Shown here: positions 11,390-21,437 of the stretch, one piece after another
Layout: each line of letters begins with the position of its first letter
Numbering within the stretch: position 1 is the first letter of the stretch
Assembly: GCA_034406555.1 (NCBI GenBank)
Contig: DASCRM010000008.1
Location: 1-62,042 of the forward strand
Direction of reading: 5' to 3'
Source: Dehalococcoidia bacterium
Lineage (GTDB): Bacteria; Chloroflexota; Dehalococcoidia; UBA2979
Length of the DNA: 62,042 bases
Position numbers and translations under genes: made by a program
The notes under the pieces: generated by a model
The model's database searches: none
Seen by the model: the letters and a program-made list of their open reading frames with translations, nothing else
Told to the model about the DNA's origin: nothing

Positions 11390-12346
11390 CTAGAAGAGCG
11401 CGATCGGGTTCACCGGCGACCCGGTACCGTTCTGCAGCTTGAGCGCGGCGATCGTCACCAGGAACTCCCACCGCTCGAGGCGTGCGCATTCTTCCGCCAG
11501 TGCCTCGTGGTTGCAGTTATCCAGCAGCCACAGCCCGATCGCCCCCATGCCGATGCCGTGGAACGGCCCGCCGATGAGCGGGAACTCCAGCGGGCGCACG
11601 TCGTTCGCCACGTCGCAGCCGAGCAGGGCGACATCGCGCTCGCGCACCCACGGCACACAGCGAGCGTCCGGCCCGGGATGCCCGCTCGCAAACGGCTGCG
11701 GCCCGAGTTCATCCCGTAGCCGTGGGTAGCCGGTGCGGATGAAGAGCACATCGCCGGGCTCCACGCGCACACCCTGTGCCGCCTCCGCTGCCTCCAGTTC
11801 CTCCGGCGCGATCGCCGTCCCGGGCTCCAGCCAGTCGGCGCCTCGCAGCCGGGGGATGTCGAGCAGCACCCCGCGCGAGACGATCCCGTCCCCCGCCAGC
11901 TCGACCGAGCCCTCCGTCGCACCATCGCGCACCCGCACGCGGTTGGCGGGCACGCCGTTGAACATCGTGCGCTGCTCGCCCTCGCGCGACCGCCAGAACG
12001 TGTGCGACGGGGCATCGAGGTGCGTGACCGTGAACCCGTGAGGCGAGATCAGGAACGCGTCGAGCGCGTTCGTGCGGCCCAGCTGGTCGTCGGGCACCTC
12101 GACATCGCCGGCGGAGAGCATGAAGTGGCGCGGCGGGCTGACCGCGTCGGCGTCCCGCGCGTACGTGATCGTCCAGGCGCACGACACCTGCGTCCCCTCG
12201 GACACCAGCCCCGCGGCCTGTGCCCGCTTCTCTGGCGTGATCAGGTTGAGCGTGCCCATCAGGTCGTCGTCGCCCCAGCGACCCCAGTTGCTGAGCGTCT
12301 CGAACCACGACATCACTTCGGCTTCGCTCGGTGACTCAGGTGCCAT
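11390..12346 (-). CDS. cyclase family protein (kynurenine formamidase-like fold)
   Basis: 318-aa ORF with HxxTHxDAPxH motif (HGFTVTHLDAPSH) and N-terminal NWGRWGDDDLMGTLN. Confidence 0.7.
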   Translation of the reverse strand: MAPESPSEAEVMSWFETLSNWGRWGDDDLMGTLNLITPEKRAQAAGLVSEGTQVSCAWTITYARDADAVSPPRHFMLSAGDVEVPDDQLGRTNALDAFLISPHGFTVTHLDAPSHTFWRSREGEQRTMFNGVPANRVRVRDGATEGSVELAGDGIVSRGVLLDIPRLRGADWLEPGTAIAPEELEAAEAAQGVRVEPGDVLFIRTGYPRLRDELGPQPFASGHPGPDARCVPWVRERDVALLGCDVANDVRPLEFPLIGGPFHGIGMGAIGLWLLDNCNHEALAEECARLERWEFLVTIAALKLQNGTGSPVNPIALF

Positions 12347-12397
12347 CGCTCTCGACCTCCACCCGGAGCTCCCACGTACTGCGTTCCGACGCGCTGC

Positions 12398-14089
12398 CTA
12401 CGGACGCATGCCGACGCGGATCTTCGGGCCGAGCTGCTTCGCGTTGGCCGCGTGCGTCTTGCGGACGTAGTCGATCACCGCCGGGCGCGTGTCCCGAGGG
12501 TCGATCACCTCCATCGGCGCGGCGAGCGCGGGCTGTCGCAGCACCGACGCCGCGCCGATGAAGCGATCCTCGATCTCCTTGCGTCGCGCGGCGGGGTCGG
12601 GCGCGGCCTCGATCTCACGTCGGAACGCCGCCTGCACGCCGCCCTCGGCGACAAGCGAGCCGGACTCGCCGGACGGCCACGCGTAGCGGATGCCCATGCC
12701 GTTCGACTTCGCAGCGCCACCGGCGACGCCGTAGAGGCGGCGGACGACGATCGTGATGTACGGGATCGTCGCCTCGCGTGCCGCGAACATCGCGCGGTTC
12801 GCGAAGCGGATGATGCCCTGCTTCTCGGACTCGACGCCGATCATGAATCCCGGCACATCGCAGAAGTAGACGATCGGCAGGTGGAACGTGTTGGCGAGAT
12901 CGACGAAGTGCTCGAACTTGATGCAGGCGTCGGGCGTCATCGCCCCACCGAAGTAGCGGCAGTCGTTGCCGATCACCGCGACGGGGAAGCCATCGATGCG
13001 CGCCAGCAGCGTTACGAGCGAGCGCCCGAAGAGCCTCGAAATCTCGAACGTCGAGTCCTTATCCATCACGCGGTCGATCAGCTTGTAGATGTCGTAGACG
13101 CGGTGCCGGTCGCGAGGGATGAAAGACATCAGGTCCTCCTCGCGGCGGTTCGGGTCGTCGTCCGTCTCGACGCGCGGCGGGAGCTGCCAGACGTTCGACG
13201 GCAGGTACGAGAGGAACTGGCGGATCTGATCGAACGCGTCCTCTTCATCCTCCGCGACGTTGTGGATCACGCCCGCGGTCTCGGCCTGAATCTTGTAGTT
13301 GCCCAGCTCCTGCTTCGTCATCGTCACGCCGAGGCCCTGCTGCACCATGGGAGGCCCACCGACGAACGTCTCGCTGTTCTTTGTCATCACGCTGAAGTGG
13401 CAGTCGCCCGCGAACACCGCCGGCCCGCCCGCCACCGATCCGAGGACCGCCGAGACGACCGGCGCCTGCGCCAGCAGGTTCCCCTTCGCGAGATTGATCA
13501 GCAAGTCGTTGCGCGAGCCGGGGACGATGCCCGAGGAATCGAATTCCCTCGGAAGATCAAAGCTGCCCGGCACGCCCGTCTGTTCCAGCTCCACCGTCGG
13601 TGGGCCCGCATCGTCGAGCGAGTGGTGCACGATCGACGGCGCGTTGCCGATCGAGGTCTTCGGGTCGTAGTTGCGCACGCTCCCGCCCGCGGCATCGAGC
13701 AAGCGGATCAGCGGCAGGCCCATCTCCTCCACCATCGAGTTGAGGATGCGCCCCCGGCCGCCGCCCAGTGTGCCGTCTGAAGCTCCACCGCGAATCGTGA
13801 AGTCGCCGCCTTCGATGATCACCGTGCGGCCGTCGATGCGGCCGAAGCCGCGCAACGTTGAACTCGGCCGATAGCTCACCAGCCGGTCGTCGTCGTCGTA
13901 GCTGGCGGCGCCGTTGTGCGTGCCGACCTCCTCGAACGAATCGCTGTCGACCAGCTGGTCGATGCGCTCGCGTACCGTCAGCCGGCCCTGCCCGTGCTGA
14001 CGCTCGATGCCCTCGGCCCCGCCCATTCGCTTCGCCAGCTCGCGCTTGAGCTCCAACTCTTCCATCTCGGGGAGCCAGGTCATCGTCAA
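12398..14089 (-). CDS. acyl-CoA carboxylase carboxyltransferase subunit (propionyl-CoA carboxylase beta-chain family)
   Basis: 563-aa ORF with two carboxyltransferase halves. Typical stretches are GRLTVRERIDQL, GGDFTIRGGA and GVAGGA. No biotin carboxylase or BCCP gene occurs in the window. Confidence 0.8.
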   Translation of the reverse strand: MTMTWLPEMEELELKRELAKRMGGAEGIERQHGQGRLTVRERIDQLVDSDSFEEVGTHNGAASYDDDDRLVSYRPSSTLRGFGRIDGRTVIIEGGDFTIRGGASDGTLGGGRGRILNSMVEEMGLPLIRLLDAAGGSVRNYDPKTSIGNAPSIVHHSLDDAGPPTVELEQTGVPGSFDLPREFDSSGIVPGSRNDLLINLAKGNLLAQAPVVSAVLGSVAGGPAVFAGDCHFSVMTKNSETFVGGPPMVQQGLGVTMTKQELGNYKIQAETAGVIHNVAEDEEDAFDQIRQFLSYLPSNVWQLPPRVETDDDPNRREEDLMSFIPRDRHRVYDIYKLIDRVMDKDSTFEISRLFGRSLVTLLARIDGFPVAVIGNDCRYFGGAMTPDACIKFEHFVDLANTFHLPIVYFCDVPGFMIGVESEKQGIIRFANRAMFAAREATIPYITIVVRRLYGVAGGAAKSNGMGIRYAWPSGESGSLVAEGGVQAAFRREIEAAPDPAARRKEIEDRFIGAASVLRQPALAAPMEVIDPRDTRPAVIDYVRKTHAANAKQLGPKIRVGMRP

Positions 14090-14230
14090 ACTCCTCGCTC
14101 GTCACTCTTGGCGGCGCAACGCATCGGTCATCAAACCTTCACGGAAGCTGGAGCTTACTCGACGCGCACGCTCACGGAGCAGTGGCTGCTATCGTTCCCT
14201 CACATTCCCGCCGAGAGACGAGGTGCTGCG

Positions 14231-14989
14231 ATGGCCGACGAAAGCGTCCTGATCGAGGAGCGGCGCGGCGACGTGCTGCTGCTGACGATGAACCGGCTGC
14301 AGCGCCACAACGCGCTGAACGCGGAGCTGAACCACTGGCTTGGCGACGCGGTGCGGCGCGCGGAGCCGGAGGGTGCGCACGTGATCGTGCTGACCGGGGC
14401 AGGGGAGAAGTCCTTCTGCGCCGGCGGCGACATGCTGGAGATGAGCGGGATCGAGGAGAACCCGCGCCCGCTGCCACCACCCGAGGAGCGCACGAGCGGC
14501 ATCACGGAGCTCTCGCGCACGCCGCTGCCGGTGATCGCCGCGATCAACGGCTACTGCTACGGCGGTGGGGCGCGGCTGGCTGTGGGGTGTGACATCCGCC
14601 TCGCCTCGGAGACGGCGACCTTCCGGCTGCCCGGTGCGGAATACGGTCTCGTCGTGGCGGCCGCGACGATGCCGAGGCTCGTCGGCGCATCGAAGGCGAA
14701 AGAATGGATCTACACCGCGCGCAAGTTCGAGGCGGAGGAGGCGCTCGCCACCGGCCTCGTCAGCTCGCTGCACGCGCCGGCCGAGCTGCTGCCCGCGGCG
14801 CTCGAGATGGCGGAGGTGATCGCAGGGCACTCGCAGTCGTCCGTGCGCGAATCGAAGCGCGTGATCGACCTCGCGACCCTCTCTGCCGAGGCGTCGGCCG
14901 CCGAGTCGGAAGCGAACAGCCGCCTGCGCGGCAGCGAGGAGCAGACAGCACGGTTCCGCGACGCCACGCGTAAAGTCACCGGGCGCTAG
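14231..14989 (+). CDS. enoyl-CoA hydratase/isomerase (crotonase) family protein
   Basis: Internal ATG of ORF 13916..14989 (MADESVLIEERRGDVLLLTMNRLQRHNAL). Oxyanion-hole region FCAGGDM and INGYCYGGG. Confidence 0.8.
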   Translation: MADESVLIEERRGDVLLLTMNRLQRHNALNAELNHWLGDAVRRAEPEGAHVIVLTGAGEKSFCAGGDMLEMSGIEENPRPLPPPEERTSGITELSRTPLPVIAAINGYCYGGGARLAVGCDIRLASETATFRLPGAEYGLVVAAATMPRLVGASKAKEWIYTARKFEAEEALATGLVSSLHAPAELLPAALEMAEVIAGHSQSSVRESKRVIDLATLSAEASAAESEANSRLRGSEEQTARFRDATRKVTGR

Positions 14990-15005
14990 GGGGCCCACCC
15001 GGGCC

Positions 15006-15791
15006 TCAGACGAGACGCAGGCGCATCCCGCCGATCGTGATCAGGTCGTCGCTGGTTCGACAGCCCGCTGCCTCGGCATTGGCGAACGCCGTCGCGGTAT
15101 CGGTCGCGCTGAGGTCCAGCCCGCCCAGCCCCTCCGGTCGCCCGTCGCACAGTGGCACGAAGCGAATGTCGGAGCCATCGAGCGCCAGCATCGGGTTGCC
15201 GTCGGCGTCGCTGGCGACCGGCTCATCGAGCACCTCGCCCCAGCGAGCGGCCATCGCCGCGGGGTCCGCCGACTGTAGCTCCGCCGCCCAGATGCCATCG
15301 ACGATTTCGGTGTGCTTCGCGCGTTGCCAGTCGTCGCCGGCCGGCCACCACGCCCCGTCCGACCGATCCTCGTCGGCGTTCCAGCGCAGCTCCGGGATCG
15401 CGCCGGGCACGTCCTTCGGGTGCAGCTGCATCCCTCCGGCGTGCTCCAGCCCCTTGCCGGGTTCCGCGACCAGCCGGACTCCCAGGCTCGCCACGTGCTC
15501 CTCGTATCCGGCGTAGGCGGCCTTCGGCACCTGCATGATCACCATGTAGCCGCCGTCGCCGCCGCGGCGTTTCAGGAAACGGCCGCCGGGCGTCTCGTGT
15601 TCGCCCTCCTTCGGCGCGACGATCTCCAGTAGCTGGTTGCCGACCGGGATCAGCACGTTGTGCAGCCCATAGTTGCCAACGCCGGGGTCACGATGCGCGA
15701 CCTCGATGCCGAACACCGCGTCGAGCTGCTGCTGAACGCGGTCGAGGTCGTGCGCGACGAGGCAGATCTGCCTGATGCGGATGTTGCTCAT
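15006..15791 (-). CDS. VOC (glyoxalase/bleomycin resistance/dioxygenase) family protein
   Basis: 261-aa ORF. N-terminal IRQICLVAHDLDRVQQQLDAVFG...LLEIVAP is typical of the VOC fold. Confidence 0.55.
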   Translation of the reverse strand: MSNIRIRQICLVAHDLDRVQQQLDAVFGIEVAHRDPGVGNYGLHNVLIPVGNQLLEIVAPKEGEHETPGGRFLKRRGGDGGYMVIMQVPKAAYAGYEEHVASLGVRLVAEPGKGLEHAGGMQLHPKDVPGAIPELRWNADEDRSDGAWWPAGDDWQRAKHTEIVDGIWAAELQSADPAAMAARWGEVLDEPVASDADGNPMLALDGSDIRFVPLCDGRPEGLGGLDLSATDTATAFANAEAAGCRTSDDLITIGGMRLRLV

Positions 15792-15816
15792 GCGTGCTGT
15801 CCCCCTCGGACGCCCC

Positions 15817-16569
15817 TCAGGGCAGCCCGATCATCTCCGTCGTCGAGCGCATCACGACCAGCTCGGCGGGGTCGAGCCACTGGCCCATGCCGTCGTCGGT
15901 GATCGTCTCGCGGTATCGCTCCGGCCCGGCCTCGTCGTGGAAGTACAGCTCCGCCATGCCCGCGTAGGGCTCGAGCTGCGGCTCGAGGCTGTGGCTGATC
16001 ACGTAACGGAAGCCGCCGACCTGCTCCATCGTCCCTTTGACGTTCGGCAGGTGGACGTTCAGCCAGTGCTCGAAGAACGCCTCCATGTCCGCGCCCTCTT
16101 GCGCCTTCACGAGGTACGTCATCTTCACGAAGCCGGAGCGCGTCGAGGGGTATGGGGCATTCAGCGTTAGCGGCTCCGTCGAGAGGTGCTCCGAGCCGTC
16201 GATCACCACGTACTCCGTCGTCGCCCACGGCACGTACGGCTCCACCCGCTCCTGGAACGAATCGATCGGCGGCGTGCCATGGGGCGTCCCGCCGCTTGCG
16301 AGGGCCTCGGCGTACCAGAGCTGCGCGATCCCATCCCAGCGATGTTCGCCGGCCGCATCCGCGTCGAAAAGCGTCGCGACGTAGCGGGTCGCATGATTCT
16401 TTCCGGCTGCCTGCTGGTCGTGCTGGCGCTGGATCACCGATGGCATGTGATTGGCGTACCAGTGCGCGACCAGCTCCTCGCGCGATGTCTCCGGCCGCCG
16501 CTTGATCAGGTAGAGCATCCTCGCGCCGGGGGTTGCCTCCACCGGCGCTGTCGCACGTGAGGTCGTCAT
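15817..16569 (-). CDS. tandem EthD-domain protein
   Basis: Two repeats (MLYLIKRRPETSREELVAHWYANHMP... and MTYLVKAQEGADMEAFFEHWLNVHLP...). The true start may be the internal ATG at 16518. Confidence 0.55.
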   Translation of the reverse strand: MTTSRATAPVEATPGARMLYLIKRRPETSREELVAHWYANHMPSVIQRQHDQQAAGKNHATRYVATLFDADAAGEHRWDGIAQLWYAEALASGGTPHGTPPIDSFQERVEPYVPWATTEYVVIDGSEHLSTEPLTLNAPYPSTRSGFVKMTYLVKAQEGADMEAFFEHWLNVHLPNVKGTMEQVGGFRYVISHSLEPQLEPYAGMAELYFHDEAGPERYRETITDDGMGQWLDPAELVVMRSTTEMIGLP

Positions 16570-16594
16570 CGGTCCCGCCTTTCGCGTCGTCGTT

Positions 16595-17737
16595 CTACTT
16601 CACCGCCCCTGATGAGGTCAGCGCATCCGCCTCCTCGGCGCTGAAGCCCGCCTCACTCAGCAGGTCGCAGCTGTGCTGGCCGGCGTGCGAGGGCGGCCCC
16701 TGCACGGCGCTCTCCGTGCGGCTGAAGCGCGGCGCAGGGGCCGGCTGCACGACACCCGCAATGTCCACGAACGCGTTGCGATGCTTCGCGTGTGGGTGAT
16801 CGGGTGCTTCCAGCGGCTCAAGCACCGGCGCGAAGCAGACATCCGAGCCCTCGAGCACGGCCTCCCACTCGGCGCGCGTCTTCGTCTTGATGCAGGCCGT
16901 CACCGTCGCCTTCATGTCGGGCCACGCGTCGCGGTTGTGCTGCTCGCCGGTCAGCGTCGCCCCAAGCCCGGTCAGCTCCAGCATCTCCGCGTAAAACTGC
17001 GGCTCGATCGAACCCAGCGAGACCCACTTGCCGTCGGCGGTCTCATACGCGTCGTAGTACGGCGAGCCCGTGTCGAGCATGTTCGAGGCGTGCTCAGGCG
17101 ACCAGCCACCGCTGGCGAGCCCGGCGTGCAGCGAGGTTCCCAGCACGCTGGCGCCGTCCACCATCGCCGCGTCGACCACCTGGCCCTTGCCGGACGTCTT
17201 CGTCTCCAGCAGCGCCGCGACCATCCCGAGCGCCAGCAGCATCCCGCCGCCGCCGAAGTCCCCGACGAGGTTCAGCGGTGGCACCGGCGGTCCGCCCGCG
17301 CGCCCGATCGGTGCGAGCACGCCCGCCAGCGCGATGTAGTTGATGTCGTGCCCGGCCATCTGCGAGTAGGGGCCTTCTTGCCCCCAGCCCGTCATTCGCC
17401 CGTAGACCAGCTTCGGATTGCGCTCCAGGCACACATCCGGGCCCAGCCCCAGCCGCTCCATCACTCCCGGCCGGAAGCCTTCGAAGGCAGCGTCGGCGCC
17501 CTCGATCAGTCGCAGCGCGACCTCGACGCCCTCTGGCTGCTTGAGATCGAGGCCGATCGACCGACGCCCCCGCGCCAGCAGGTCGCCCGGCGGGTCGTCG
17601 GGGTCGCCGCCGCGCACGCGTTCGGCCCGGTCGACGCGGACCACGTCGGCCCCCATATCAGACAGCATCATGCCGCAGAACGGTCCCGGGCCGATGCCCG
17701 CGAACTCGATGATCCGAATGCCCTCAAGCGGTCCCAT
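16595..17737 (-). CDS. family III CoA-transferase (CaiB/BaiF; alpha-methylacyl-CoA racemase-like), single module
   Basis: Internal ATG (MGPLEGIRIIEFAGIGPGPFCGMMLSDMGADVVRVDR). GHDINYIALAG and NLVGDFGGGG motifs. Confidence 0.85.
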   Translation of the reverse strand: MGPLEGIRIIEFAGIGPGPFCGMMLSDMGADVVRVDRAERVRGGDPDDPPGDLLARGRRSIGLDLKQPEGVEVALRLIEGADAAFEGFRPGVMERLGLGPDVCLERNPKLVYGRMTGWGQEGPYSQMAGHDINYIALAGVLAPIGRAGGPPVPPLNLVGDFGGGGMLLALGMVAALLETKTSGKGQVVDAAMVDGASVLGTSLHAGLASGGWSPEHASNMLDTGSPYYDAYETADGKWVSLGSIEPQFYAEMLELTGLGATLTGEQHNRDAWPDMKATVTACIKTKTRAEWEAVLEGSDVCFAPVLEPLEAPDHPHAKHRNAFVDIAGVVQPAPAPRFSRTESAVQGPPSHAGQHSCDLLSEAGFSAEEADALTSSGAVK

Positions 17738-17902
17738 GTGGCTGTCCTCTCCTACATCGATCGTGGTGGTGCGCTCGCACCTCGGCACACTCTACGCCGC
17801 AACACCGCCTGCTGTGACGAGGCGAACGACCGATCGGCGCGCGGCGACGGCACGAGGCGCGACGAGATTTCGCTATCGCGCGTGCGTCGGAAGGGCGCCG
17901 GG

Positions 17903-19237
17903 CTAGCCGGCGGTGGCTGGAATCTTCAGCCCCAGTTGGTCGCGCAGCGTCGGCCCGCTGTACTCCTCGCGGTAGAGCCCGCGTCGTTGCAGCTCCGGCA
18001 CGACCAGGTCGACAAAGTCCTCGAACGCGCCGGGGATGTGCGTCGGACCGACCACGAAGCCGTCGCAGGCCGGGCCCGTGAACCAGTCCTCCATCTGATC
18101 GACGATGTCGGTCACCCCGCCGACCCAGCCGTCGCCGACCCGCCCGCGACCGGTCACACGCATGAAGTCGCGCACGGTCGGGTTCTTGATGCCGGAGCGG
18201 GTGATCACGCCATCGCGCATCGCCTGCATGCCCTGTATCCCGTCGAGCTCCTCGTCGCTGAACGCTTCGTCCATGCCCTTGGTGCCAAAGTCGAAGTTCA
18301 GCGCCTCAGAGAGCAGCGAGAGTTGATCGATGTCGTTCGGCAACTCGTCGTAGGCGGCTTTCTTCTCTAGCGCCTCCGCACGGGTCTCCGCGACGAACGG
18401 GTACATCAGCGTGGTGATCCGCATCTGCTCCGGGTCGCGACCGTGGGAGGCGGCCGCGTCCTTCATCTCCTGGTACTCGATCTTCCCGTTCTCGACCGTG
18501 CCGTATGCCGCGAAGATCAGCTCGCCCCAACGCGCGCCGAACGCCTGACCACGAGGGCTCATGCCAGCCTGGATCACCACCGGATGCCCCTGCGGAGAGC
18601 GAGGCACGGTGAACGGCCCGCGCGAGCGGTAGTACTGCCCCTCGTAGTCGATGCGCCGCACCTTTGTGGGGTCGGCGAAGACCATGTTCTCTTTGTCCAC
18701 GAGCACGGCGTCGTCGTCCCAGCTACCCCAGTGGCCGAGCACGATCTCCACGAACTCATCGGCCTGGTCGTAGCGCTCGTCGTGCGCCATGTGCTTCTCG
18801 CGACCCATGTTGCGGGCCTCGTTGTCGTTGATGGAGGTGACGACGTTCCAGGCGGCGCGCCCTTCCGTCATCAGGTCGACCGTGGCGATCGTGCGGGCGA
18901 CATCGAAGGGCTCGAAGTAGGTCGTCGACATCGTCGCGCCTAGCCCCAGGTTCGTCGTCGCCATCCCCATCGTCATCATCACGGCGACCGGGTCCATCTT
19001 CACGCAGCGGATACCGTGCTCCACCGTGTGCGCGTGGTCGCCCAGGTACATGTCGGGCATCGCCAGCCGGTCATCGAAGAAGCCGAGGTCGAACTTGCCC
19101 CGCTCCAGCACGCTCCCGATGTGGCGGTAGTAATCGGGCGACATCGAGTCGGTGCGCGCCTCCGGATGGCGCCACGCGGCGGGGATCGTTGTGCAGTTCT
19201 GAGCCTGGAGGAACCCAACGAGCGACATCTGGCGCAT
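17903..19237 (-). CDS. LLM class flavin-dependent monooxygenase (NtaA/SnaA/DszA group)
   Basis: ORF 17903..19312. ATG at 19237 follows AAGGGA (an alternative ATG is at 19228). Sequence MSLVGFLQAQNCTTIPAAWRHP...FDLGFFDDRLAMPD is typical of this group. Confidence 0.8.
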   Translation of the reverse strand: MRQMSLVGFLQAQNCTTIPAAWRHPEARTDSMSPDYYRHIGSVLERGKFDLGFFDDRLAMPDMYLGDHAHTVEHGIRCVKMDPVAVMMTMGMATTNLGLGATMSTTYFEPFDVARTIATVDLMTEGRAAWNVVTSINDNEARNMGREKHMAHDERYDQADEFVEIVLGHWGSWDDDAVLVDKENMVFADPTKVRRIDYEGQYYRSRGPFTVPRSPQGHPVVIQAGMSPRGQAFGARWGELIFAAYGTVENGKIEYQEMKDAAASHGRDPEQMRITTLMYPFVAETRAEALEKKAAYDELPNDIDQLSLLSEALNFDFGTKGMDEAFSDEELDGIQGMQAMRDGVITRSGIKNPTVRDFMRVTGRGRVGDGWVGGVTDIVDQMEDWFTGPACDGFVVGPTHIPGAFEDFVDLVVPELQRRGLYREEYSGPTLRDQLGLKIPATAG

Positions 19238-19375
19238 GAGACCGTCCCTTACAGCCGCTCCACAGGGTCGGCTGCGTGAGTGTAGTACGACGGAGCAAGC
19301 GCGCACGGCCACAGCACCCGGGCGGCCCTGCCACTGGCGGCGAGGTCACGAGGCTCTGCGCGCTCTACCGTGCTA

Positions 19376-21178
19376 CTAGAAGTCGTCCGCGGCCAGCGCC
19401 ATCATGCTCTCGCCGCCGGCCCCGATCTTCGCTGCCAGCGAGTGCACCTCGGGCAGTACGCGGCCCATGAAGAAGCGCGCCGTGACGAGCTTTCGCTCCA
19501 TGAACGCCACGCGTTCCGCGTCGCCCTCGCCGTCAGCGAGCGCCTCGCGGGCCACGGAGGCCATCCGCGCCCACAGGTAGCCGAGGGTGACGAGCGAATA
19601 CATCTTCAGGTAGTCACTGGACGCCGCACCCGCCGCGTTTGGGTCCTGCATCCCTCGCTCCATGATCAGCACGGTCGATTGCTCCAGCTCGCCAACGCTC
19701 TCCACCAGCGGGTTCACGAACTCCGCCAGCGCCGCGTCCGTGTTGTGCTCCGCGACGAACGAGGAGACGCGGTCGAGGAAGCCTCGCACCAACCGCCCCT
19801 CGCCGACGACGAGCTTGCGCCCGACGAGGTCGAGCGCCTGAACGCCGTTCGCGCCCTCGTAGATCTGCGTGATGCGGGCGTCGCGGACGAACTGCTCCAT
19901 CCCCATCTCGCGGATGTAGCCGTGCCCACCAAAGCACTGCAGCGCCATGTTCGCGCACTCGTACCCGGTGTCGGTCAGATAGGCTTTCACCATCGGCGTC
20001 ATCAGCGCGACCAGGTCGTCGGCCTCCTGTCGCTGTTGCTCGTCCGGGTGGTAGCGGGCGATGTCGACGTGCATACCCGTCCACAGTGCGAGCGCGCGAG
20101 CACCCTCCGTGAACGCCCGCGCGGTCATCAGCATCCTGCGCACGTCCGGGTGCACGATGATCGGGTCGGCCGCCTGCTCGGGCTGCTTCGGCCCGGTGAG
20201 CGAACGTCCCTGCAGGCGTTCGCGCGCATAGGCGACGGCGTTCTGGTACGCGATCTCGCCGATGCCTAATCCCTGCACGCCGACGCCGATGCGCGCCGCG
20301 TTCATCATCGTGAACATCTGGCGCATCCCGGTGTGTGGCTCACCCACCAGCTCGCCGATCGCGCCGTCGTAGTTCATCACGCAGGTTGGACTGCCGTGGA
20401 TCCCCATCTTGTCCTCGATCGAGCCGCAGTCCGGGCCGCTGCGTTCGCCCAGTGAGCCGTCCGCGTTGACGCGGAACTTCGGCACGAGGAAGAGACTGAC
20501 CCCGCGCACGCCCTCCGGCGCACCGTCGATGCGTGCGAGTACCAGGTGGACGATGTTCTCGCTCATGTCGTGCTCGCCGGCGGAGATGAATATCTTGGTG
20601 CCGGTGATCAGATAGCCGTCGCCGTCCTCGCGCGGCACAGCGCGCGTCCGCTGCAGGCCGACGTCCGTGCCCGCGTGCGGCTCCGTGAGGTTCATCGTCC
20701 CCGTCCACTCCCCGGAGACCAATCGAGGCAGATAGCGCCGTCGCTGGTCGTCCGTGCCGTGGGCGAAGATCGCCTCGTACGCGCCGCGTGTCAGCTCCGG
20801 CGTGATCGCAAACGCGAGGTTGGCGGCGGAGACCATCTCGTTCACGGCAAGCCCGACCGAGTAGGGCAGGCCCTGGCCTCCGTACTCAGGCTCGGCCGTC
20901 AGCCCGCACCAACCCGCAGAGGAGTACTGCTCGTACGCTTCGGGGAACCCGGTCGGCATCTGCACCGCGCCGTCCTCGAAGCTGCAGCCCTCGCTGTCGC
21001 CGGCCTGGTTGATCGGAGCGACCACCTCCTCGATCAGCTTCGCCGCCTCGCCCAGCACCGCGTCCGTCACCTCCGGCGTCGCGCGTTCGAACGAGGCGAC
21101 GCTTGTGTCGCTTCCCAGCTCAAGCAGGTCGTGGAGGACGAACTTCAGGTCTGCGACTGGCGCCTTGTACGTCGGCAT
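19376..21178 (-). CDS. long-form acyl-CoA dehydrogenase (about 600 aa, with N- and C-terminal extensions)
   Basis: Internal ATG 21178 (MPTYKAPVADLKFVLHDLL). ACAD core motifs (TEPHAGTD, GGHGY). The upstream 143 codons of the track ORF are spurious. Confidence 0.85.
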   Translation of the reverse strand: MPTYKAPVADLKFVLHDLLELGSDTSVASFERATPEVTDAVLGEAAKLIEEVVAPINQAGDSEGCSFEDGAVQMPTGFPEAYEQYSSAGWCGLTAEPEYGGQGLPYSVGLAVNEMVSAANLAFAITPELTRGAYEAIFAHGTDDQRRRYLPRLVSGEWTGTMNLTEPHAGTDVGLQRTRAVPREDGDGYLITGTKIFISAGEHDMSENIVHLVLARIDGAPEGVRGVSLFLVPKFRVNADGSLGERSGPDCGSIEDKMGIHGSPTCVMNYDGAIGELVGEPHTGMRQMFTMMNAARIGVGVQGLGIGEIAYQNAVAYARERLQGRSLTGPKQPEQAADPIIVHPDVRRMLMTARAFTEGARALALWTGMHVDIARYHPDEQQRQEADDLVALMTPMVKAYLTDTGYECANMALQCFGGHGYIREMGMEQFVRDARITQIYEGANGVQALDLVGRKLVVGEGRLVRGFLDRVSSFVAEHNTDAALAEFVNPLVESVGELEQSTVLIMERGMQDPNAAGAASSDYLKMYSLVTLGYLWARMASVAREALADGEGDAERVAFMERKLVTARFFMGRVLPEVHSLAAKIGAGGESMMALAADDF

Positions 21179-21437
21179 CTGTTGCTCCTCGCTTATGGCG
21201 TGCGCTACCGGAGGCGGCTCGCCGCGCCCAATTATTATCCCAACAGGGGCTGCGCGTCCGCCGACGAACGTCATCCGCTGCGCAGCCGAAGGACTGGCCA
21301 TCGCCGATTCAGTCTCGACCCGCTCGTGACCCCTGCCATTGGTCTGGGACGTTTGGCCATGTCCGATCGGGTACACAGATGCCAGTATCGCGCTCAGATG
21401 GCAATATTCCGTCGCTGAAGGGGATCGGCAGGATTTC

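Noticed and set aside
12452-13780. Very long ORFs antisense to, or overlapping, the annotated genes. Examples are 151..1443(-), 2043..3065(-), 4818..6344(-), 12452..13780(+), 16673..18370(+), 27262..28869(-) and 58728..60449(-).
   Set aside because: Their translations are Arg/Ala/Pro/Gly-rich low-complexity strings with no motifs. Each lies opposite a gene with clear family signatures. This is the usual consequence of stop-codon scarcity in about 70% GC DNA.
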